Below, piece after piece: positions 12,998-23,014 of a stretch of 64,000 nucleotides of DNA. Location of the stretch: positions 6,820,001-6,884,000 of the forward strand of contig OU015569.1 in NCBI GenBank assembly GCA_907165135.1. The letters run 5' to 3'. Origin of the DNA: Oikopleura dioica (taxonomy: Eukaryota > Animalia > Chordata). The notes beneath the pieces are model-generated. The model was not told where the DNA came from and did no database searches. It saw nothing but the letters and a program-made list of their open reading frames with translations. Every line of letters begins with the position of its first letter. The first letter of the stretch is position 1. Position numbers and translations under genes: made by a program.

Positions 12998-13950
12998 AAT
13001 AATAAATTTAATTATTGGATATCAATAGTCCATCTTCCGCAAGGATACATCAAGCTACTAGTCAAAAGAAGACGTCTTAAGAAAATGCAGACGTCTCTAA
13101 TAGGAATATACGACATAACTCTTGAATTTCTATACGAAACGGGTACGGTCGTGCCCCCACATCCAAAATTGCATCTTCAACCTGTAATTTACCAAAGATG
13201 ATAGGCACAAAGCCAAAGTCTCTACCAATTTGCCGGCTTCGATTAAAAGATAAGTTGCCCTTATCGACATTGTCATTAAAAATGAAAATAAAAGATCAAA
13301 TCGATCTCATTATAACTCAAATTACGATAAGTGATAAGCGCCTTTCAAAAGAAAGCGCGGAGACATTTAGTTCCGAAAATCTGGAAATCCTGGCGAAAGG
13401 TTAAATTTATTCAAGTCCTCGTAAAGTCTCTTTCATTTTCTTCGTTTTCCGTGGAGTGTTCTCCCCCAATTTCCATGAGCAGATGACTCTGTGAATAAGT
13501 TGAAGCGAAAAATTACGAAAACGAGAAACTCACCATCATCGTTAGTGAAATATCGACCTCTCATGAGAGCAGACCACGGAGAATATCGTGATCGAGCTTA
13601 AAGAAAATTCGCAACAGGAAATTATTTTTGAACTTGGACTCACCCGAGAGAGCTTCTGTCTGTGTTAGAAAAAGAAAGAAAGTGCACAAAAATTCATCCT
13701 TCGTTTGGTATGTTACTCTTTGGGCGCGTGAGCCTTGAGTCGTTTTTATATAATCGCTTCTGTTTAATTAACAATATAATAAGCACATGTCGGGTGACTC
13801 TATTGGAAGCCGTCAAAGCCTCATGCATAGTGAGGTGGTACGTTTATCCAAGCATGGATGTTTAGATACCGCTCAATTTTAGGATTATTGGTTGGAATTA
13901 TTGGAAGAGCATCCTGAGTTTGAGTAAGCGAATAGCCTCAATTGGGTTGT
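12998..13950 (-). CDS. Putative multi-exon gene, product unknown
   Basis: Several short open segments bounded by AG and GT(G/A)AG sites (ARSRYSPWSALMRGRYFTNDD; VEDAILDVGARPYPFRIEIQELC); complete frame not resolved. Confidence 0.35.
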
Positions 13951-14030
13951 ATTCTTTAGCCCCACACCTGCTTATATCCAACTACGTTTTCCCCAATGTT
14001 TATTAAGTATTTAATAAAAATTGCACGCGG

Positions 14031-16229
14031 ATGACTGTTTTCATTGTTTGCGATAACTTATCGCCGACAGGGAAGTTAGGAGAAAACGCAGTTGAGGATA
14101 AGAAGGTTTGGTGTTAAAAAACACGATTCCCTAAATTATAAACCGCATTTATAAATTTCAAAGGCAACTCCAGTTTCAATCGACTAATAACGGCATTGCA
14201 GTTGCGTACGACCAACTTCGAAATGAAACTGTTTGGGTAAAACTTGTCATTTATGATTCTACCTTGGATAAATTAGGAATTCAGATACGAAAAGACCCTT
14301 ATGGCCACAAGGAAGATTGGCTTTTAAAGCAATATCTGCCGCGTTGGAAGAAATTCTCGACTCACAAGAACATTCTTCAAATGAAACACGCACTCACTGC
14401 GTGCCCGGTACTCCGTCTATTAAAGATCATTGTTTTTGGATAAATTGTAATGATTATTTCTACGAGAAAAAACATACTTGGCGAATTATCTAATAATTAA
14501 TATCTGAATTTCGTAACTAAAACTGATATTCTATCACCACACGGGCTTTTTAACTTTTCAGGACTGTGCGTCTTTGTCTATTATTCGGACCGAGCCGGTT
14601 CTTTGCAACTTAACATCTTTCCTAGAAGACAGGTAAGACAGTATGATTAATGATGTGGAAGAATATTCATGCGCCATACCCTAAACCGATTAGCAAAGAC
14701 CACCAAACGCGTGGTAAAGCTTTAGAAATCTGGTATTCACTCAGTCCTGACTCATTTCAGAATCGAGACTAACAACAAAATTCGTTTTCAGAGATATTTT
14801 TATGAGGATAAAATGGAAGTATATTTTTCAGAGAGGAAGAGCTATTTTATCCCGTGCTCGTCAATTTTATCAAGGAAAGATGCTTAATAACAGGGTGCGC
14901 GTCAGTTAAGGCGTTTTTGCCATTTGCGTCTTTTAAGGCATTGCGTCAGTTAAGGCACTTGCGTCAGTTAAGGCGCTGAAAAATGACTAGTAGAATTCTG
15001 ATATCAACTAGGGTCTGCTAGATTTCTTGATAAAATATTACTTTACCAATTACTAGGGTAAGTGCCAGAGTTAATATTTTCTCAAGAAAATCTTTTATAT
15101 TCAGTTATAAGCTGAACCGCTGGTTTATGATTGAATTTGAAGTTTTTTTTTAAAAATAAAGGTTCGACACTAAAATTTTAGTTAATTTTCTCAGATCGTT
15201 TCAATGTATTTGAAATTATCTGAAATTTAAATATTTTGAATACGCTGTTAAATTTGAGATTGAAATGAGGATAATTTCAAGGATACTTACAATCGAGGTA
15301 ATTAAGCAGACCCTAGTTGATATCAGAATTCCACTAGTCATTTTTCAGCGCCTTAACTGACGCAAGTGCCTTAACTGACGCAATGCCTTAAAAGACGCAA
15401 ATGGCAAAAACGCCTTAACTGACGCGAACCCGCTTAATAACACATAATCAACGAGTATAGCAAACTGTTTTAACGTCAGCCTGCTGACCTTATAAAGCAT
15501 TTATAAAGGGTATGATGAGTTGGTGAAGTCTAACTAATAACGTTTAAGACGTTTTGGACGGAGTCGATCATTTGAATAAAAATGGACTCAGTCACAATAA
15601 TCTCTCTACTGATGCATTTTTCGTCCTGAAGGAGCCTAAAACCGCTAACCGGCCGCATGGACCACTTGCTTTGGCAAAGTTCACAAAATCGATTCATTAT
15701 TGTTTCCCTTCTAAACCCACTGTTTTCGCTAAAAACATGCATATTTGAACTTAATCGAAGGACTCATGCAAAATTTGTCGCAGCTCTCCTTCGGGACAGA
15801 CTGTTATGGTTTGATTGAGATCTTGAAAGGGGCCTATTCTTATCGAGGCAATTAGGTACTGCTGTTGTGATCTCCAAATTGCTGCAGAGAATGACCACAG
15901 ACGTCGGCAGTAAAGAGCGATTTAAAGCAATTTTATCGAAGATGAAAAGTGAGTTTTATTTGTATTGAAGAATAAACTGGACTTGTTGACCAATAAATGT
16001 TGCAGACGGAAGAGTCGCGCTCAAGGACGGCATAGAAGAACTCAGAGATGTTCTGTACGCGCTTGAGCAGAAAAGACATTCGACAAGCTTGTCTCAACAA
16101 GAAGACATTGAGAGATCAGAAAAATCTAGCCTGGAATTAGAAGACGACGTTTTTGAAACAGAAGAAGCTGATATCAATATTCTCTCGGACCTATTGACAG
16201 GAAAGATTTTTAAAAGGCTCTTCTTATAA
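14031..16229 (+). CDS. Divergent protein-kinase-fold protein (pseudokinase), multi-exon, with a MITE in one intron
   Basis: Kinase subdomains in order: KLGENAVEDKK (I), AYDQLRNETVWIRK (II), HKNILQM (IV), IIRTEPVLCNLTSFL (V), DVLDGVDHLNKNGLSHNNLS (VIa/b); acidic last exon ends at TAA 16229. Confidence 0.65.
14891..15432. mobile_element. Non-autonomous DNA transposon (MITE), hAT-like, 542 bp
   Basis: Near-perfect ~129-bp terminal inverted repeats (14891-15019 / 15305-15432) starting CAGGG; 8-bp direct repeat CTTAATAA on both sides (14883-14890, 15433-15440); AT-rich core with no ORF. Confidence 0.92.
14899..14974. repeat. Subterminal 14-bp repeats GCGTCAGTTAAGGC within the MITE TIR (4 copies, one degenerate; mirrored in the right TIR)
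   Basis: Copies at 14899, 14926 (GCGTCTTTTAAGGC), 14943 and 14961. Confidence 0.9.
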
Positions 16230-16531
16230 AGTTGTAAAGGGTGCTTTTCGCTCTGAGCATCGTCCTTAAATCTTTATTTATTGACTCACATAAAAGAGAA
16301 AGACACGATTGTTGCAAGATCTAAAAGGTGAGTTAATCCTCATTTTTGACATCAAAAACGTGGCCCAATAATAAAATTGATCAGCTCTGAAGAGAACTTT
16401 TGTTCTATTATTTTCGTGAATCATAAAGATGTTGTCGCATTTTGTCGTTTGAGTGACTTATTTATGCGCGTTGACTGGCTATTGAAAAGGTTTTCAGGCG
16501 ACTAAGAGAAGTATCCAGGGCCATCAATGAA

Positions 16532-17377
16532 ATGGCCGGTGGAGGAACGTTGAGAGTAATTCCTACATCTACTGGCTTGAATCAACTTTTGCGATCAAAA
16601 CCAGATCTGAACATAGTCAACGAAGTTATTAAAAAGGCAAACCAAAAGAACGCACTACCAAGGCACCGTTCAAACAAACAAAAAAAAAACGAAAAATAGA
16701 GTTGTTTCAACCGAGCAAAGGTGGTTTCATTTCCTGCTAAAATATGGCCTTGTGCAAGCGAAGAGCTCATTCAACGTAGTTATCTCGGAACTGGAAGTAT
16801 CTATCACTGTCGAAAAAGAGTCGTTTAAAGATGAAGGTATATAGAAAGCTCGTTCGGCCGCGGCTTTGAAGAGAAGATAATAACCGGTGTTCAGAGTTCC
16901 TCGTAAAATGTGTCCGCTGCGTAAAGAATCCACAGCCTTCGTGTGAATTCTGTGAACGTGGCAAAATCGTAAAGAATAAAACTAGAACGAGGCAAAAGCA
17001 AGAAACGCAATCACGCAGACTGAAGAAGATCCTTGGGAGTCCGACTGGCATCGATCAAAAGTTGCTAAATGGATTGACGCAAGCTGCAGGGTCTCAAGTC
17101 AAATGTGATAGTGAGAACGCTCTAACAATACAGTCAATCTAACAGTTATATAGCTCACAAGAATGACACGAAAATATGCGAGTTTGAAAGCGAGGTGAAA
17201 GACATTTTTTCCGATGAGCTCGAAAAGCTAGGAAAAAATTCGACCAATGTTTCGCTCAAATCGTCCGTCATCGTCATTCCAGTTTACGAACTAACAATGT
17301 CGAATACTGTCGACAGGGCGACGTTTCTCATTTGCGGTTCAAATTACATGGTCCGATTAAAGAACAGGCAACAATAG
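16532..17377 (+). CDS. Orphan multi-exon protein with a CxxC-x6-CxxC motif
   Basis: MAGGGTLRVIP...; exon EFLVKCVRCVKNPQPSCEFCERGK; 49-bp GT-AG intron 17105-17153 joins in frame to ORF 17195-17377. Confidence 0.55.
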
Positions 17378-17686
17378 CTTGCGCATTTCGATGATTAACC
17401 TAATTTAGGAGAAAACTAAGCGCCACAAATTCACGAAAGTCTTCCTTGATTTCTGCTTTCCGCCCTTCACTGTCATTTAATTTAACTTTCCCTTTAAAAG
17501 CGAAAGAAAAGGAAAAGAAAGTAACCGATAAACACCCTTAGAATCTTTTGAAACGCCTCGCTTCTTCTTCAAGGCCCTGCAAAATAAACTCTACAAAAAA
17601 CTTCTCTTTGCCCCGTTTTTAGTAAGTATGAATGTTCTTTATTAAAATATATTCTTTGAAGATATAAAAATATAATTATTACGAGA

Positions 17687-19217
17687 TTACTCGTACTCCT
17701 CCAGCCTTGAGATGACGACATGGCGAATGAGTTCGTCGGCGATGAGTCGCGCAAGTTCCGATTCGTCGCACTAGAAATTTTCGTTAACATAAAAAAAATT
17801 GATATATGATCTGTTACCTTGCCCTGGACTTTCTTGATGAGGTCTGCCATGAAGTTCATTTCGATGTCGCGCTTGATAGGGTCGAAGAAGTAGCCCGAAT
17901 CTCGCAGCTTGCCGAAGACCACTGGAATCATGTCTAAAGGAGAGTTGGTAAACTAGGATTAAAAATGCGAAAAACGCACCCATGAGATAGTTCTGTGCAT
18001 AAGCACGGGCAGCGATCTTTTCAGCCGTCTGTTTCTCTTTTCGGCGGACTTCTCTCTGTTGGGTGATTCGTCGTTCGCGCTCATCTGTAAGTCGCCGTTC
18101 TTGTTCTTCCAGCCGCTGCGTAGCCAAGACCTCTCGTTTTCGGGCCTAAGAATCAATACCACTCGTTTTAAATTCTAGACCAATGGAAATACCTCGTGGA
18201 ACTTTCGCTGCTGCTCTCTGAGGTTCTCGAGTTCTTCTTCTTCGAAGACTTCTTCGAGGGATTGTTCGACGCACTTTCCGACGAGCACTTCGAGAATTGG
18301 CTTCACCTCCATGTCGAAGTCGAAGAGCTCGTGGGGCATGATCTGAGTGGAGGTGTCGACGCCAGTCTTGGCGGGGATGTACTTTGGAGTTGGAGGGCGG
18401 TCCAGGAACAGATCCGTCTGGCAAGTCACATCGGCTTCTTCTACTCGGTTAGTCAGTTCTTCGAGGTATGTTTCAGTCTAGATCGCAAAATATCACGACG
18501 CTTTTCTGGAGTCTAACTTACCTGGACGTTGATGTGTCGTCTTCCGTCGACAGGAAGAGGAGATTTGCGGCTGTCTTCAAGCTCCTTCTCCTGTCGAAGC
18601 CTCGCCTCCTTGGCTCGCTTCTTCTCAGCCTTTCGCTGGAGATCCATCGGATTGTCCTGAAGTTGTGCTCGGTCGATAACCGCATTGGACCAGTTTATCT
18701 ACAATCAAAGTCTCAATCACGAGCAGCCAAAAATCAATAATTTTTGACTCGCTTTTCTTTCAAATTAAACTTTTCAGTATTAATTCGAACAAATTGATCA
18801 TGCAAAACGATTCTTTCTTTCTTTTTTACCTGGGTGGTAGGAGGAAATGTAGATTGAGCATATGTATTTCCTCTTACGATACGACGATCGAACATGAGAT
18901 TTCCATAACGCTCGTTTCCCGGATCGTTGCGGAATTTGCGCCTAAAAGGAAAACATCGTTATTTGAGAATTTTGTACTTTTAGGTTTTCAAATGAAATTC
19001 AATTTTAAGAACAATGACTCAATCAGAATTAGTCGCGGCAGACAAAATAGATTTAATAATTCTAGTGAAATTTACAATTTTATATTTTTAAGATAATTTA
19101 TATTTCCCAACAAAAATTGATAATGAAATACCTGGCCTGCAGAGGTTTAGGATGTGACGCATAGGAGAAAGACTCTTTCGCTTCTTCTGTCTTCTGCGGT
19201 ATCACTTCTGTGGACAT
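17687..19217 (-). CDS. RSPH3: Radial spoke head protein 3 (3' end may splice ~150 bp further)
   Basis: FSYASHPKPL; RYGNLMFDRRIVRGNTYA; PLPVDGRRHINVQT; LFLDRPPTPKYIPAKTGVDTSTQI..ELFDFDMEVKPILEVLVGKCVEQSLEEV. Confidence 0.96.
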
Positions 19218-19332
19218 TTTCTTTCTAACTGACTTCTTTCCAAATTGCGCGTGAAAACAAATCTAATAATCGCTGTTCTAGAGACGGTCCGTAAATTTTT
19301 CGAAGCTGCCAGTATGAGTCACCTTTTTCAGC

Positions 19333-19345
19333 GTCTCCAGGAAAC
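19333..19345. promoter_or_regulatory. Candidate RFX X-box in the divergent RSPH3/BTB promoter
   Basis: GTCTCCAGGAAAC fits GTNNCC-N-GGNAAC, ~115 bp upstream of the ATG of a motile-cilia gene. Confidence 0.45.
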
Positions 19346-19577
19346 GCGCGCGGGCGAAACTGCGCTCTCGCGTCGCTCGCGTTTTCTTTTCAACAAAATA
19401 ATTAAAAAAAGAACGTTTTCCCAAAAAGACTTTGCGAAACCTCGTTTTTTCGCTTTCCACATATTTGTACTGGGGAAACTTATTTTTTCAATTTCTTGAT
19501 TTAACTATATTTTTATTAGTTCAATTTTGTTCTCTGATTTTAGATCATCTTTTTAACAATTTTTTCGTTTCAGAATT

Positions 19578-20864
19578 ATGGCGGAAACAGAAACTACCCC
19601 AGAAGTAACAGAGGAAGTCCCAGTAGTGGACCCAACTCAGCCTCCATCCAAGGAAAATGAGCTCGTTTACGATTTCGAGGTGGGCCTCGATTTTCTCTAG
19701 AAAATCTTCTGACTCGTATTAATTCAAGAATTACAAGCAGCACTTCTTCGAAAACTTTGTCAAAATTAAAGATCTAAAGCAATTTGACGACGGCTCCCTT
19801 GTCTGTCTCTCCGAGACAAAGCGAATCCGCTTTCCATGCAGTATTTCGGCCATCTCGATCGCCATTCCCAAGCTAAACCGCGAGTTCTACCAGGCAAAGA
19901 AGAAAATGATGGAGAATGGCTTTATGCACAATACCATAGACCTCCAGCTTCCTGACTATCGCCAAGTAGCGCAGCAAATGTTTTCTCAAAATAAATTCTT
20001 TACCTAGCCAAATAGCTCATCTGCCGAGACTGCTTTGAAAATCATCTTCCAGTTCGTCTTCAAAGGTGAAATCAGTGTCACTGAGAGGTCTATCAAGAAC
20101 GTCGCTGTCCTTGCCGCGTATCTCCAGATGGACTCACTTCTCGATGCTCTGCCCCTCGCTGCAGAGCAATTGAATATCGCTGACTTCGACATTATCTCTC
20201 TAAAAGAAACGGCAAAGAGTCTCGGCGAGATCACAGTCGTCGGCCTTGAAAAATTCGTTAATGTCTTCGGTGGTGGCCAAAAGAAGAAGGTACGCAGAGG
20301 TTAATCCTTCTTCCTCTAAGAGTTTTTTAGCAGAACAAGAACCAAGCAGGCCAGAAGCGCGCTGCAAACAAGAACAACGGTCAAGCGGTCAAGAAAGATG
20401 AGCCTGAACAGAAAAAATCAAGGCCACTTGAAGAGCCAAATCCTAACGAGGGAGCCTATGAAATTGATTCTGTTCCACCAGAAGAGATGATCGCAGAAGA
20501 AGCAGCTCCAGAAGAAACTGCTGCTGACCAGGACGGTATCCGTTGTGGGAATAATAACATAAGCACTTGAACGTGAGTCAACTTGAAAGTAGCTTACATT
20601 TTTGCAAAAGCCAATTCACAAATGTATACCCGTAAAAAGCCCGTTGAATCTGAACAAGAACCCGAGTCGACTGAATCTTACGAGTTTCACGTGAGTAACA
20701 ATACAGAGGAATCGTCTGCCGAAAATGTGGAGTCCGAAGCGTCCCAAGAAGCACCCGCTGAGGCGGAAGCAGAAGTAGAACCTGCTGTGCAGCCCGCTCC
20801 GGCGAAGGCAAAGCCTGCTCCACGAGGGCGAAAGGCAAGACGAGGACGAAAAGCCGCAAACTAA
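19578..20864 (+). CDS. BTB/POZ-domain protein with acidic/basic low-complexity tail
   Basis: TALKIIFQFVFKGEISVTERSIKNVAVLAAYLQMDSLL is a typical BTB core; TTTCAG acceptor just before the ATG; ends PAPRGRKARRGRKAAN*. Confidence 0.75.
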
Positions 20865-21230
20865 ACCAACAAGAGAATCAAAACTATAAGTTCCCGTGTG
20901 ATTCCAAACACAGTCCGAGACAAACATAGTCCGAGACTTTCAAAATCCGTTGTACGAATACATCAAAAAACGATGTATTTTTGGAGCATCCTAAGCGATG
21001 ATAAACAATTCGACAATCGAGTAGCCATTTTGTGCATCCTGAGTGATGATACCATTTACATACTGTTCAACTTTACATATATCTTCTCTTACTTTAAAAC
21101 AATCGATGTTTTACAATTTGTATGTCCGTTCAAAGTTATGTCGACTGCATTTCCTTCCAGTCCCCCATTCTAAATTTTTGCAATACAAACTAATTCTTGA
21201 AATAAATCTCTTGCTTGTTTCAGAGCTTGA

Positions 21231-22241
21231 ATGGAATGTCGCATCGAAATCAATGACATCGTACCCGTCGAGCTTCTCGTTGCTAATTACTCCCGGACAG
21301 CGAAATTCTTCTGCGCAAAATGCGAGTGTACCTTTCCGATAGATACTCTGGAGCGACACTTGACTGGAATACATCGATGCTCAGGGAGAGTTGGCGAAGT
21401 TAAAGTACCCTGTCCTGTAGAATCCTGTAAATACCATCACACGAAGTTCTTCCGCAAGTTGAAACACTTGCGAGCTCACTATCAACATTGTCACGCTCCA
21501 AGGGAATTCGATTGCCTGAATTGTGGCGTCTTTTTCCGCGACGAGGTAGCGCTACGAAGTCATCAACGAACTTGTGGCCGATTGAGATGCGAAACTTGTC
21601 CCAAAAACTTCAAGAACGCTCAAGGGGCCGAACGCCACATCAAGAGATATGTTGGACACCAGCTGGCGCAGGAATCGCTAGACATCATCAAGAAAATCAA
21701 ACGGAAACCAAAGAAAAAGATCGATAAGGTTCCATCGCTTACAATTATTCGTTTCGTTCCTCTAAAAAACCGCCCACTCATGCCAGAAGGAGAAAAATCC
21801 ACGAATACCGCTCCTGTCAGACCTTGCGTCGATGCTTCCGCTCAAACGGACGATGCGATTGTTCTGGACACCGCCTGTGTCGCTATCAGCACTCAAACTT
21901 CATTCTTGAAGACTATCGAGCAAAACAATCAAACAAGCAGTGATCTTATTCAACATGTTGACTGGGGAGGTACAGCTCAACTAGAAACGAACACCTTTGG
22001 ATGCCAAACATTTGACGATACTTTCCTCACTGACACTGTTCTTACGCAAACCGAGCCTTTCTACGAGGAGGTAAATTAAACTTCCCAGGATTACCAAATA
22101 TATTCTTTTTAGGCAACTCAATTCGGGCCTTCGTCGAGCTCGCTTCTTGAATCCGCTGGAACACAAACCGAGATGCCATCCTGGTTCGATGGACACACTC
22201 AAACTGACGCTGGCAGCTTTTCGCACATCAACTTTATGTAA
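21231..22241 (+). CDS. ATMIN: ATM interactor / ASCIZ (C2H2 fingers plus TQT dynein-light-chain motifs)
   Basis: Four zinc fingers including CPVESC...HLRAHYQHCH and RCETC...RYVGH; C-terminal SAQT, STQT, LTQT, GTQT, HTQT motifs. Confidence 0.82.
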
Positions 22242-22362
22242 AAATTTTTTGTAAAGCTTGTATATTCCCATGTATATCTACTTTTGTATCTTTTGTAATA
22301 AAATTACTTTTTCTATATTCGCTGATAACAATTGTCAATCTTCCTTCTTATCTGCTTCCAGA

Positions 22363-22898
22363 ATGTGGCAATTGATTGTCGTGAGTCTTTTCTGGGGTAT
22401 AACGAATCCTTTTTTGAAATCTGGCGGCTCTAAATTAGGGATGGTGCTTATTTTATAACAGTTAGGTCAATCAATTATACGCATCAATAATGAAGACGAA
22501 AATTCGGGTCTTATCAAAAGGACCATCGCATTGTATACCAATCTGTCTTTCTTTCTACCATTTCTCGTCAACCAATGTGGCTCACTGAATTGTTATTCAA
22601 GCTAATTTTAAATTTTCCCTAAAAATTAGAAGCGTGCTGAATAGCATCGGTAGATCTACTACTACAGTCTTGGAAACTTTCCAATTTCTCTTGCAATTCC
22701 AGTGGTTAATTCTTGTACCTTGTTCATTACTCTGTCAGGGTTAAAAAAAATAATCTGGTTTTCGACAAATTTTTTTTTAACTCATAGCAGATAACGAGCA
22801 CTCTTCTTGGGGAGCATTCATTGACAATGCGAGAACTCTTTGGACTTATAATTGCTACTTCTGGAATAATACTTTGCACCTTGAATAGTGAAAACTAG
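22363..22898 (+). CDS. TMEM234: Transmembrane protein 234
   Basis: SLFWGITNPFLK; FLPFLVNQCGSL-IYYYSL; ISLAIPVVNS. Confidence 0.92.
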
Positions 22899-23014
22899 CA
22901 ATAGCATGATCACTGCCAATCTTTTTTATTATAATAAAAAGAACCTATGTTCTTTTTATCTAGTTGATAATTGATAACGCTTCTAAGTTTTAGACTGACG
23001 GCCTAAACGAGACG

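Noticed and set aside
14899-14974. Short direct repeats resembling a CRISPR array
   Set aside because: 14-bp units with 3-13-bp gaps, mirrored in an inverted copy and flanked by a TSD; they are transposon subterminal repeats in a eukaryotic genome
17135-17145. TCTAACAG resembling the recalled 3' end of the spliced-leader exon
   Set aside because: Only an 8-nt match, inside a 49-bp intron, with no upstream SL sequence or Sm site
18590-18660. Suspected frameshift in an RSPH3 exon
   Set aside because: Careful re-reading gives a continuous frame DNPMDLQRKAEKKRAKEARL
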